In this document: one piece after another, positions 24,001-33,296 of the stretch
Position numbering within the stretch: position 1 is the first letter of the stretch
Layout of the letters: every line of letters starts with the position of its first letter
Source: a virus
Virus record (IMG/VR): IMGVR_UViG_3300043409_001318
Span: 64,001-128,000 of that record
Direction: 5' to 3' (one strand)
DNA: 64,000 bases
Program-made: the position numbers and the translations under genes
Notes under the pieces: generated by a model
Told to the model about the DNA's origin: nothing
Databases searched by the model: none
What the model saw: the letters and a program-made list of their open reading frames with translations, nothing else

Positions 24001-24449
24001 TGAGTGATGCTTATTCAACTGTTTGTGTGTCTGGTGGGTTTGATCCAATTCATAAGGGTCATATTCGTATGATACGAGAAGCAGCACAATTTGGTGATGT
24101 TATCATAATTGCTAATTCAGACGAATGGATACTTAGAAAGAAAGGTAAATTTTTTATGACTTGGGAAGAAAGAGCAGAAATTTTAGAATCAATTAAAGGT
24201 GTAATTAAAGTAGTAAAAGCTAAAGATGATGATGGAACGGTTTGTGAAAGTTTAAGAGAATTAAAGCCCACTTATTTTGCTAATGGTGGAGATCGTAAAG
24301 ATTATAATACGCCAGAAGCAGAAGTTTGTAAAGAATTAGGAATTACCTTGCTTTGGGGAGTTGGTGGAGGAAAAATCCAATCTTCTTCTTGGTTACTTGC
24401 AGAAGCAGCAAAGGATGTTAATGTATTGGCTGATAGACAAACTATTTGA
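24000..24449 (+). CDS. HxGH cytidylyltransferase-like protein (RfaE domain II/TagD-like)
   Basis: SGGFDPIHKGH, NSDEW, FANGGDR, KIQSSS. Confidence 0.85.
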   Translation: MSDAYSTVCVSGGFDPIHKGHIRMIREAAQFGDVIIIANSDEWILRKKGKFFMTWEERAEILESIKGVIKVVKAKDDDGTVCESLRELKPTYFANGGDRKDYNTPEAEVCKELGITLLWGVGGGKIQSSSWLLAEAAKDVNVLADRQTI

Positions 24450-24562
24450 GTTGTTCATGACGATTATTCTTGATGATCGATACTTTTATGGTTTTCTATC
24501 TATTTATACAATCCTATTAACAGGATTAATTATATTATATTTTAATAAAATGGAGAAATAAA

Positions 24563-24637
24563 ATGCTTAGTGTTATTATGCTTTTCCTTTTCGGTTGTAC
24601 CGGAAAGAGTGACGACAGTTCCGATACTGCCGCTTGA
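24563..24637 (+). CDS. Mini-lipoprotein (24 aa)
   Basis: MLSVIMLFLFGC-TGKSDDSSDTAA; lipobox-like LFGC; GGAG SD. Confidence 0.45.
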   Translation: MLSVIMLFLFGCTGKSDDSSDTAA

Positions 24638-24665
24638 TTAAATAAAACAAAAGGAAATAAATAAA

Positions 24666-24863
24666 ATGATTTCAGTATTACTTTCAGCCCTTATAGCTTG
24701 CTCACCAGCAGAAACACCTGTTCAAGAAGTTCCAGCAACAACACCAGTTGTCGTAGAAGCTGCCCCAGCATTACCAGTTGTTGTAGAGACTATCGAAGTT
24801 AAGCAAGCAGAAACAACCGCTCCTGCTGCCACTACAACACCAGCAACTACTACTGGCGTATAA
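24666..24863 (+). CDS. Small Pro/Ala/Thr-rich lipoprotein
   Basis: MISVLLSALIAC lipobox; AAGGA SD. Confidence 0.65.
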   Translation: MISVLLSALIACSPAETPVQEVPATTPVVVEAAPALPVVVETIEVKQAETTAPAATTTPATTTGV

Positions 24864-24877
24864 GCAACAACCACATT

Positions 24878-24950
24878 AAACTATCTTCGTCGCTAAGGTT
24901 CCCATCCTTACAATCTGTGAAAGTCAGATCGAGAAGATAGTTTTTTTATT
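24878..24950 (+). ncRNA. Predicted three-way-junction RNA or complex terminator
   Basis: 11-bp outer stem 24878-24888/24933-24943, inner hairpins TAAGG/CCTTA and ATCTG/CAGAT, then a T-run. Confidence 0.4.
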
Positions 24951-24962
24951 TGGAGTAAATAA

Positions 24963-25499
24963 ATGCGTAAGACCCGTCGTGATCGTTATAACGAAAAGAT
25001 TTCTAATGGAGAAGTAAAGCATTATCCTTTCTCTCTTTGTTCGGTTAATTTTCAATGTGATGAAAATATTGCTTATCTTGTAAGAACAGCGGCTTGTTTT
25101 GGTCTTCGCGATATTCATGTTATTGGATCAATTCCAAATTATGAAGATATGCGCCGAAAGTCTGGAACTCTTCATGATTATGTGAATATCCATCAATATT
25201 CTACGCCTTCACAATTTATGGAATATGCCCGCAGAACAGGTATGAATGTAATATCTGTTGAACTTACTGATGGGGCTATTAATCTTCACGATCTAAACAT
25301 TCCAAAGATTATAGAAGAAACCAATAATATTTGTTTTGTTGTTGGAAACGAAACAAGTGGAGTTCCAGCAGAAATTCTACATACAACAGATAGTGTTTAT
25401 ATTCCTATGCCGGGAGCGGGTTTCTGTCTAAATACTAGTCAAGCGGCTAATATTGTAATTTATGAAGCAATCAAGCAGATGGAGCAGCAAAACGATTAA
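24963..25499 (+). CDS. SPOUT RNA 2'-O-methyltransferase, SpoU/TrmH family
   Basis: NIAYLVRTAACFG, VVGNETSGV, IPMPG..CLNTSQAANIVIYE. Confidence 0.9.
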   Translation: MRKTRRDRYNEKISNGEVKHYPFSLCSVNFQCDENIAYLVRTAACFGLRDIHVIGSIPNYEDMRRKSGTLHDYVNIHQYSTPSQFMEYARRTGMNVISVELTDGAINLHDLNIPKIIEETNNICFVVGNETSGVPAEILHTTDSVYIPMPGAGFCLNTSQAANIVIYEAIKQMEQQND

Positions 25500-25554
25500 C
25501 TTGACCTCTGGGTAAAAAGATACTATTTATTAGACTGACTAAGGAGGTCACAAA

Positions 25555-26061
25555 ATGTTATTATACTTACTTCTCGCTTGTAGGGAACAAGAACCAATCA
25601 ATATAGAGATTTGTGAAGAGCAAATTTCTGTAACAGATATGGCTAATGGTTTAACAGACAAACAAAAAGAAGTTTCTTACATTATTGAGGAACAATTTGG
25701 TGAAATGAATATTCCACCAAATATTACAGCAGCAGCAATCGTAAACGCTATTGCTGAAAGTAGACTAAACGCAAATGCTATTGGAGACGGTGGTAAAGCA
25801 GTAGGAGCTTTTCAACTACATAAAAGTGGTCTTGGTAATAATTTATCTGTAAAAGAAAGAACAAATGTTTATACAAGCGCAAATGTTATAGGAATTCAAA
25901 TTCTTAAAAATAATAATCTGTATGAATTAGAAAATAATAACGCATTTATACCAGAGATTACAAAAACAATCACAGAAGATATAATGCGACCAGATAAGTT
26001 AGAACAACAAAAAGAAAAACGAAGTAATTTAGCAAAAAAAATATTCCCTAACAGAATATAA
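25555..26061 (+). CDS. Lipoprotein-anchored lysozyme-like (tail-lysozyme-type) hydrolase
   Basis: MLLYLLLAC lipobox; AAAIVNAIAESRLN, GDGGKAVGAFQ, IMRP; CTATTTA at 25523. Confidence 0.65.
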   Translation: MLLYLLLACREQEPINIEICEEQISVTDMANGLTDKQKEVSYIIEEQFGEMNIPPNITAAAIVNAIAESRLNANAIGDGGKAVGAFQLHKSGLGNNLSVKERTNVYTSANVIGIQILKNNNLYELENNNAFIPEITKTITEDIMRPDKLEQQKEKRSNLAKKIFPNRI

Positions 26062-26066
26062 AACAT

Positions 26067-26101
26067 AAACCTCCAAGGATTAAAACACTTGGAGGTTTTT
26101 A
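26067..26101 (+). terminator. Rho-independent terminator
   Basis: AAACCTCCAAG...CTTGGAGGTTTTT. Confidence 0.8.
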
Positions 26102-26103
26102 AT

Positions 26104-26137
26104 TTGACAACTTACAAAAAGGGTCTTATACTATTTA
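26104..26137 (+). promoter_or_regulatory. Overlapping sigma70 and late-type promoters
   Basis: TTGACA-N17-TATACT (26104-26132) overlaps CTATTTA (26131-26137). Confidence 0.7.
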
Positions 26138-26158
26138 TATTAGTTCAACAGGAATTAA

Positions 26159-27472
26159 ATGGCTAAAAAAACTTACGTTCTAGATACAAGTGCTTTAATT
26201 ACAGATACCGAATGTGTAAATTCATATGGTAATAATGATATTCTTATTCCAATTAAAGTATTGGAAGAATTAGATAAACACAAAAAGCGTCAAGATTTAG
26301 TAGGAGCAAGTGCAAGAACCGTTATTCGTTTTCTTGACTCACTTCGTTCAAGTGGCTCTTTGTACGAAGGAGTAAAGTTAGGTAAAGGAAAGGGTGTTTT
26401 AAGAGTAAAGGGATATTCAACAACAATGGACTTCCCACCAGAGTTAGATTTATCTGTTGCAGATCATCAAATCTTAGCAGTTGCTTTAAGTGAGAAAACA
26501 GAAACTAAAAAAGTAATTGTTGTATCAAATGATATCAACATGAGAGTTGTTTGTGATTCAATTGGGATGGAATCCGAAGATTGCAACCCAGAAAAAGTTG
26601 TAGAATCAACTTCCAGCTTGTTTCACGGATTTACAGATGTTTTGGTAGATGATGAATTTATTGACAGGTTCTACGCTAATGAAAGCCTTGAACTTCCAGA
26701 AAAAAAGGATAAACTTTTTCCAAATCAATATCTAATGCTTACTTCTTCTTCTAACAACAAGAAAACAGCCTTAGCAAAATTTGTTGGACCAAATCAACCA
26801 TTAGCAAGACTAACAAACCTTGGTAAAAAAGGTGTATTCAATATTAAACCAAAAAATAAAGAACAAAATTTTGCTCTTGATTTATTAATGAACCCAGATA
26901 TTCCACTTGTTTCAATTGTAGGTAAAGCGGGTTGTGGTAAAACCATGCTTGCTATCGCTGCTGGATTGGAACAAACAATTGGATTAGATAGTAAATATAC
27001 TCGTTTAATTGTTTCTCGACCAGTTCAACCATTAGGTAAAGATATTGGTTTCTTGCCCGGAACCTTAGAAGAAAAAATGGCTCCTTGGCTTCGTCCAATT
27101 CAAGACAACTTACAATTCTTAATGGGCAACGATAAAGTAACACTTGAAATGTATATGCAGAAAGGTGTTATTGAAGTTGAAGCAATTACATATATTCGTG
27201 GTCGTTCAATAGCCAACGCCTATATCATTATAGACGAGGCACAGAACTTATCCATGCATGAGATTAAAACTATCATTACTCGCGCTGGTGAAGGCTCCAA
27301 GGTGGTTCTAACAGGCGACATAGAACAGATAGACAACGTATATGTAGATGAATTAACAAATGGTTTAACAATCGCCGCAGAGAAATTTAAAAACTCTAAT
27401 TTGGCAGGGCATGTAACACTATTAAGTGGTGAAAGATCTGCTTTGGCTTCATTAGCATCGAAAATATTATAA
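26159..27472 (+). CDS. phoH: PIN-PhoH protein (YlaK/PhoH2-like)
   Basis: N-terminal PIN YVLDTS...ADHQIL...SND; GKAGCGKT, IGFLPG, IIIDEAQN, VVLTGDIEQID. Confidence 0.92.
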   Translation: MAKKTYVLDTSALITDTECVNSYGNNDILIPIKVLEELDKHKKRQDLVGASARTVIRFLDSLRSSGSLYEGVKLGKGKGVLRVKGYSTTMDFPPELDLSVADHQILAVALSEKTETKKVIVVSNDINMRVVCDSIGMESEDCNPEKVVESTSSLFHGFTDVLVDDEFIDRFYANESLELPEKKDKLFPNQYLMLTSSSNNKKTALAKFVGPNQPLARLTNLGKKGVFNIKPKNKEQNFALDLLMNPDIPLVSIVGKAGCGKTMLAIAAGLEQTIGLDSKYTRLIVSRPVQPLGKDIGFLPGTLEEKMAPWLRPIQDNLQFLMGNDKVTLEMYMQKGVIEVEAITYIRGRSIANAYIIIDEAQNLSMHEIKTIITRAGEGSKVVLTGDIEQIDNVYVDELTNGLTIAAEKFKNSNLAGHVTLLSGERSALASLASKIL

Positions 27473-27481
27473 GAGGATAAA

Positions 27482-27736
27482 ATGGAAGAACAAAATACAG
27501 AAGTAGTGGCTGATAATCCTATGAAATCTTGGCTTGTAGATTATGTAGGTCAAAACTATAAGCCAGAGAATGGAGAAGTCACGGTAGAACTGATCGTAGA
27601 AGCTTTAGCACAAGAATTCCCAGACTTTGTATTGGTGTTAGCACAAGAAAACTTTATTAGAGGATATCAACAGGCTTTATATGATGTTGATTATGGTGAA
27701 TTAAGAAAAAATGAAGAACAACCAGAACCTGTTTAA
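27482..27736 (+). CDS. Small hypothetical protein
   Basis: GAGG SD; ORF track. Confidence 0.7.
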   Translation: MEEQNTEVVADNPMKSWLVDYVGQNYKPENGEVTVELIVEALAQEFPDFVLVLAQENFIRGYQQALYDVDYGELRKNEEQPEPV

Positions 27737-28439
27737 TTATATGAAGAAATCTTCGACTAATTCCAAGAAAAATCATAAAGAAAGAATATTTCTTGATGGT
27801 ATAAAAGTTTTAATCAAAGATCCCTTTACTACTAACGAAATAGATTTAGATAAAGTATTGAATAAAGTTAAAAATTCAATACCTCATTTTTTGTTCCAAA
27901 ATGTAGAAGCCATCTATATAGGTCAATTTAAAGAACTTAAAGAAAGAGATTTAAATGCTGCTTATATGGATGGTGCTTTATACATAACTAATGAACAAAA
28001 AAATGAAGTAAATATGTTAGAAGACATAATTCACGAAATAGCACATTCAATAGAAGAATTAGCAAGTTTTGATATGTATACTGACAATAAACTTAATAGA
28101 GAGTTAGAAGTAAAAAGAGCAAAGTTAAAACAAATTTTAAAAGACAATAAATTTGATGTTAGTAAACAAGAATTCTTAAATATTGAATATAGCAAGAAAT
28201 TTGATATCTATTTGTATGAAGAAATAGGATATCCAGTGTTAAACACACTTACGGTTGGATTATTTTGTTCTCCTTATGGTGCAACATCAATAAGAGAATA
28301 CTTTGCTAATGGATTTGAGTTTTTCTTTTTGAAAGATAGAGAAATAGTAAAACAAATATCCCCTCAATTATATAAGAAATTAATAGAAATTGAAAGAGGA
28401 GAGTTTTTCAATGAGTCAACAGAGGATTTATCCTATTGA
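27711..28439 (+). CDS. Zincin-like metallopeptidase domain protein
   Basis: IIHEIAHSIE (HExxH) with downstream REYFA. Confidence 0.6.
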   Translation: MKNNQNLFNYMKKSSTNSKKNHKERIFLDGIKVLIKDPFTTNEIDLDKVLNKVKNSIPHFLFQNVEAIYIGQFKELKERDLNAAYMDGALYITNEQKNEVNMLEDIIHEIAHSIEELASFDMYTDNKLNRELEVKRAKLKQILKDNKFDVSKQEFLNIEYSKKFDIYLYEEIGYPVLNTLTVGLFCSPYGATSIREYFANGFEFFFLKDREIVKQISPQLYKKLIEIERGEFFNESTEDLSY

Positions 28440-28489
28440 CCTATTGGCTTCTTGTTGTTATGATGGTGACATAGAAAAAAGGGCATATC

Positions 28490-29263
28490 TTGTCACACAT
28501 CTCATTCTCTGAGCTTAAAATTTGGAATAGTTGTCCGTATAAACATAAACTACAATACATTGATAAGAACAAAGTATTCACATCAACAGAATATACTTGT
28601 TTTGGTATTGCTATCCATGAAACTTGTGAGAAATCACTACTTAAAGTAATCAAGGAGGAGCAACATAGTGAATACTTTGAAGCAAAATTCAAGGAAGAAC
28701 TCAAAATCCTTGATGGTAAAACTCAAAATAACCAAGATCTTATTGATGATATGGTGGAGCAGGGTAAAGCAATCCTCTCTGAACTTTATAGAAGCCTTGA
28801 TAGTTACTTGGAAGGGTACGAAGTAGTAGCAACAGAACAACCTCTCTTTGAGCGTATCCAAAACCTTGACTTTGAGTATGACTTCAAGGGTTTCATCGAT
28901 CTTGTTCTTAAAACACCAGATGGTAAGTATCATATTATTGATTGGAAGTCTTGTTCATGGGGTTGGGGTGTTGATAAACGCTCTGACCCCATGATTAATT
29001 ACCAACTAACATATTACAAGATGTTTTATGCTCAAAAGTTTAATATTGATCCTAAAATGATTGAAACTCACTTTGCTCTTCTTAAAAGAACAGCCAAAAA
29101 AGAACGTGTTGAGTTCTTCCGCGTAACAAGTGGAACAAAAAAGATAGAAAACGCAAATTTACTATTGACAAAGGCAATTAAGGCGATTAAAAGTAATAAG
29201 TATATTAAAAATCGTTTATCTTGTAATGGATGCGAGTTTTATAAAACAGAATTATGCAAGTGA
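28490..29263 (+). CDS. PD-(D/E)xK exonuclease (RecB/Cas4-like) with Cys cluster
   Basis: SFSELKIWNSCP, GFIDLV, IIDWKS, QLTYY, CNGCEF...C. Confidence 0.85.
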   Translation: MSHISFSELKIWNSCPYKHKLQYIDKNKVFTSTEYTCFGIAIHETCEKSLLKVIKEEQHSEYFEAKFKEELKILDGKTQNNQDLIDDMVEQGKAILSELYRSLDSYLEGYEVVATEQPLFERIQNLDFEYDFKGFIDLVLKTPDGKYHIIDWKSCSWGWGVDKRSDPMINYQLTYYKMFYAQKFNIDPKMIETHFALLKRTAKKERVEFFRVTSGTKKIENANLLLTKAIKAIKSNKYIKNRLSCNGCEFYKTELCK

Positions 29264-29270
29264 GTAATAA

Positions 29271-30515
29271 ATGAAAAAAATTAAAGTGTTGACAATGAGT
29301 GACCATCCTTTTTCTCCCTCTGGTGTTGGTCACATGGCTAAGAATTTTATTGAGGGATTATTAAATACTGGAAAGTATCAATTTATCTCTCTTGGTGGTG
29401 CAGTTAAGCATCAAGATTATAGACCACAAAAGACAGAACAATGGGGAGACAATTGGATTGTATTTCCTGTTGATGGATATGGTAATAAAGATATGATCCG
29501 TTCAATTATGAGAACAGAAAAACCAGATGTTGTTTGGTTTATGACTGATCCACGTTTTTGGGGATGGTTATGGGAGATGGAAAATGAAATTAGACCAAAT
29601 ATTCCTTTGGTTTATTACCATGTTTGGGATAACTACCCATATCCAACCTTTAATCGTAAGTTCTATCTTTCAAATGATCATATTGCTACTATCTCTAAGC
29701 TTACAGATGATATTGTGGCTACCGTAGCACCAGAAGTTCCAAGAACTTATGTTCCACACGCAGTTGATACTAATATCTTCAAGAGACTACCAGCAGAAGA
29801 GATTGTTAAATTTAAGAAAGAGAACTTAAAGATTGAAGATGATAGATTGATCTTCTTCTGGAACAATAGAAACGCAAGACGTAAACAATCTGGTTCACTT
29901 CTATGGTGGTTTGCTGAATTCTTAAAGAAAGGAACAAAAGCAACCCTAATCATGCATACAGATCCAAGAGATATGCACGGACAAGACCTCCACGCTATTA
30001 TGAAGGAATTAAAACTTGTAAATAGAGAAGTTCTTATCTCCGAACAAAAAGTTCCATCACAAAATCTTGCTTATTTCTATAATGCTGCTGATGCTACTAT
30101 CAATATCTCCGATGCAGAGGGATTTGGTCTTGCTACACTTGAATCACTTGCTTGTGAAACACCAATTATAGTGACTAAGACAGGTGGACTTCAAGATCAA
30201 ATAAGAAATGGTAACCAATTGTTTGGTATTGAGATTATTCCAGCCTCACAAGCAATAATTGGTTCACAAGAAGTTCCATTTATCTATGAAGATAGAATTA
30301 GCCAAGAACAAATGGTTGGTGCTCTTCAAACATTTACAGAAATTCCAAAAGAAACAAGAAAGTTAATTGGACAAGCAGGTAGACAACACGTTATAGATAA
30401 TTTCAACTTTACAGATTTTATTAATCGTTGGGATACTATCTTAACTGACACTTATAACAAAGGTGTTTGGCCTAATAAATCTTACAAAGGTTGGGAGCTT
30501 AAAGAAATCGCATGA
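29271..30515 (+). CDS. GT-B (GT4-like) glycosyltransferase
   Basis: SPSGVG, NRNARRKQ, EGFGLATLESLACETP. Confidence 0.9.
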   Translation: MKKIKVLTMSDHPFSPSGVGHMAKNFIEGLLNTGKYQFISLGGAVKHQDYRPQKTEQWGDNWIVFPVDGYGNKDMIRSIMRTEKPDVVWFMTDPRFWGWLWEMENEIRPNIPLVYYHVWDNYPYPTFNRKFYLSNDHIATISKLTDDIVATVAPEVPRTYVPHAVDTNIFKRLPAEEIVKFKKENLKIEDDRLIFFWNNRNARRKQSGSLLWWFAEFLKKGTKATLIMHTDPRDMHGQDLHAIMKELKLVNREVLISEQKVPSQNLAYFYNAADATINISDAEGFGLATLESLACETPIIVTKTGGLQDQIRNGNQLFGIEIIPASQAIIGSQEVPFIYEDRISQEQMVGALQTFTEIPKETRKLIGQAGRQHVIDNFNFTDFINRWDTILTDTYNKGVWPNKSYKGWELKEIA

Positions 30516-31780
30516 AAAAGAAATTATTAGTTACAGGACCAGCTTTAACTGCTTCTGGTTATGGTGAGCAGTCCAGATTTGCCCTTAGAGCCCTTCGTTC
30601 AAGAGAAGACCTATTCGATATCTACCTTACTCCTACTTCTTGGGGACAATGTGGATGGATACATGAAGATAATGAAGAACGTGCTTGGATTGATAGTATA
30701 ATCATGAAAACGGTTCAATATACGCAAGTTTGCAACAATCAACCACAATATGATATGTCTTTACAAGTCACTATTCCAAATGAATGGAAGAAGATGGCTC
30801 CAATCAATATTGGTTATACAGCAGGAATTGAAACAAGCAAGATTTCTCCTCATTGGATTAATCCATCAAATCAAATGGATAAAATTATTGTTGTTTCAAG
30901 TTTTGCGAAGAAAGGATTTGAAAATGGCGTTTATACCGCAACAGATCAAGCAACAGGTCAACAAGTTCCTAACTATAAAGTAAATATACCAATTGAAGTA
31001 GTTAATTATGCTTCAAGAAAAATTGATGGTGTAGAACTTGATTTAAATCTTACAACAGATTTCAATTTTCTTGTAGTTGCTCAAGCAGGACCAAGAAAGA
31101 ACTTAGCAAATACTATCAAATGGTTTGTTGAAGAGTTTAAGAATGATAATGTAGGTTTGATTTGTAAAACCCATCTTGGTGGTTCTTCTCAAATTGATCG
31201 AGAAGCAATAACAAATAATCTAAAACAAATGGAACAACATAAAGATAGAAAATGTAAAGTTTATCTTCTTCATGGTGATATGAGTGAAGGAGAAATGACT
31301 TCTCTTTATACCCATCCAAAAGTTAAAGCATTAGTATCTCTATCTCATGGTGAAGGCTTTGGTTTGCCCTTGTTTGAAGCAGCAGGATTAGGACTTCCAG
31401 TAATCACAACTGAATGGTCTGGTCATACAGATTTTATGTATTGCCCAAACAAAGAAGGAAAAGTTAAACCACATTTTGCAAGAGTAGATTTCACACTTGG
31501 TCCTGTCCAGCCAGAAGCATTATGGGAAGGGGTAATAGAAAAAGATACTATGTGGTCATTCCCTGTTGGAAACTCTGCCAAAAGTGAAATGAGAGTGGTT
31601 TACAAGGATTGGGATAGATACCGTGGACAAGCAAAACGTCTTGCCCTTCATATCGAGAAAGAGTTTGCAGCAGAGAAGATTTATGAACATTTTATTAACT
31701 TTCTTACAAAAGAAGAAAAATATGATTTAAATAATTGGATTAAAAATTTTAATGAGCAACAAGTAATAACACATGGGTAA
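30512..31780 (+). CDS. GT-B (GT4-like) glycosyltransferase
   Basis: SGYGEQSR, PRKNL, GEGFGLPLFEAA. Confidence 0.9.
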   Translation: MKKKLLVTGPALTASGYGEQSRFALRALRSREDLFDIYLTPTSWGQCGWIHEDNEERAWIDSIIMKTVQYTQVCNNQPQYDMSLQVTIPNEWKKMAPINIGYTAGIETSKISPHWINPSNQMDKIIVVSSFAKKGFENGVYTATDQATGQQVPNYKVNIPIEVVNYASRKIDGVELDLNLTTDFNFLVVAQAGPRKNLANTIKWFVEEFKNDNVGLICKTHLGGSSQIDREAITNNLKQMEQHKDRKCKVYLLHGDMSEGEMTSLYTHPKVKALVSLSHGEGFGLPLFEAAGLGLPVITTEWSGHTDFMYCPNKEGKVKPHFARVDFTLGPVQPEALWEGVIEKDTMWSFPVGNSAKSEMRVVYKDWDRYRGQAKRLALHIEKEFAAEKIYEHFINFLTKEEKYDLNNWIKNFNEQQVITHG

Positions 31781-32285
31781 AATTGTTTATGTCTCAGACT
31801 ATTTTTCAAGTGAAATAAATGGTGGTGGTGAATTAAATGACAATGAATTAATAAATATCTTTTTATCAAAAGATATTGAAATTTTAAAGTTGAAATCTAG
31901 TAATGTAAAACTACCAATATTAAAACAAATAAACAATATACCAATTATTATTTCTAATTTTATAAATCTTGATTCTGAATGTATTGCATATTTGCAGGAG
32001 AATTGTAGGTATGTAATTTATGAGCATGATCACAAGTATATTATGGGCAGGAACCCAGCAGTTTATAGTAATTTGATTGCTCCTAAAGAACATATAGTTA
32101 ATTTTCAATTTTATAAAAATGCAAAACATATTTTTTGTCAGTCTTCTTTACATAAAAATATTATTTACAATAATTTAAAATTAGATAATATTATAAATTT
32201 AAGTGGTAATTTATGGTCAATTGACACTCTTAAATTTATAGAAAATATATGTATTAATAATAAAAATAACAAATATGCAATATAA
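31773..32285 (+). CDS. Putative glycosyltransferase, N-terminal part (split)
   Basis: GGGELND, YEHDHKY; context in the glycosylation island. Confidence 0.5.
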   Translation: MGKIVYVSDYFSSEINGGGELNDNELINIFLSKDIEILKLKSSNVKLPILKQINNIPIIISNFINLDSECIAYLQENCRYVIYEHDHKYIMGRNPAVYSNLIAPKEHIVNFQFYKNAKHIFCQSSLHKNIIYNNLKLDNIINLSGNLWSIDTLKFIENICINNKNNKYAI

Positions 32286-32586
32286 ACATGATTCAATTAT
32301 GTTTTGTAAATATAAAAATTATGATTATTCATTGATTAAAGATAATGATCATAATTCTTTTTTACAAAAACTTTCTTTAAATAAAGGGCTAGTGTTTTTT
32401 CCCAAAACACCAGAGACATTATCTAGACTTTGTGTTGAAGCTAAAATGTTAAAATTACAGCTAATAACTAATAATAATGTTGGTGCTACACATGAAGAAT
32501 GGTTTAATTTAAAAGGAAAAGAATTAATTGATTATTGTTTACAAATGAGATATAATATAAGTAATAAAGTTTTGGAAAATTTATGA
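32275..32586 (+). CDS. Putative glycosyltransferase, C-terminal part (split)
   Basis: VFFPKTPETLSRLCVEA resembles the GT-B Ex7E motif; overlaps the previous ORF in the +1 frame. Confidence 0.5.
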   Translation: MQYKHDSIMFCKYKNYDYSLIKDNDHNSFLQKLSLNKGLVFFPKTPETLSRLCVEAKMLKLQLITNNNVGATHEEWFNLKGKELIDYCLQMRYNISNKVLENL

Positions 32587-33296
32587 TATCTATAGTTATA
32601 CCAAATTATAATACTAAATACGAATATTTCGTTGAATGTATAGACAGTGTAGTTAAGCAAGATTTTAATAATTTTGAAATTATTGTTGTAGATAATGGAA
32701 GTGAAGAAATATTATTTAAAAAATATGAAGAATATACAAAAGATATTAAAAATTTAAAATTATTAAGATGTGATAGAATACCAAATAAAAAAAATCTTTC
32801 TGTTGCTTTAAACTATGGAATATTAAATTCTAAGTACGATGTTATCGCTAGAATGGACGCTGACGATATTATGTTAAAAGATAGACTTACAAAACAATAT
32901 AATTACTTAATAAATAATAAAATTGATATATTAGGTGGTCAATTAGAATATTTAAATAATAGTGGTAGAACAAATCATCCAACAATTATAACTAAAGAAA
33001 TTCCTATTAATTCTATTTGGTTTATTAATCACCCAACCATTATGTTTAGGAAAAACAAAATAATAGAAATAGGGTTATATAAAGAAGAACCAGAATTTAT
33101 TGCTGAAGATTATGAACTTTGGACTAGAAGCTTAAAAAATGATTTAGTAATTCACAATATAAGTGATGTAGTTATTAAATATAGAATTCACGAAGGTAAT
33201 CTAACTTTTAAAGATAAAGCTAATCCCTATTATGAATCACTATTAAATTATATTAGAAAAGGTTATAATCAATATTATATGGAGACAAAAAAATGA
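32583..33296 (+). CDS. GT2 glycosyltransferase
   Basis: SIVIPNYN, IVVDNGS, ARMDADD, AEDYELW. Confidence 0.9.
   Translation: MISIVIPNYNTKYEYFVECIDSVVKQDFNNFEIIVVDNGSEEILFKKYEEYTKDIKNLKLLRCDRIPNKKNLSVALNYGILNSKYDVIARMDADDIMLKDRLTKQYNYLINNKIDILGGQLEYLNNSGRTNHPTIITKEIPINSIWFINHPTIMFRKNKIIEIGLYKEEPEFIAEDYELWTRSLKNDLVIHNISDVVIKYRIHEGNLTFKDKANPYYESLLNYIRKGYNQYYMETKK

Noticed and set aside
24878-24950. Cloverleaf-like fold as a tRNA gene
   Set aside because: Only two inner arms, no T-loop GTTCRA, no D-loop GG and no CCA; kept only as a possible ncRNA
28490-29263. Cas4-like nuclease as evidence of a CRISPR system
   Set aside because: Stand-alone PD-(D/E)xK/Cas4-like nucleases are common in phages; no cas1/cas2 or array in the window
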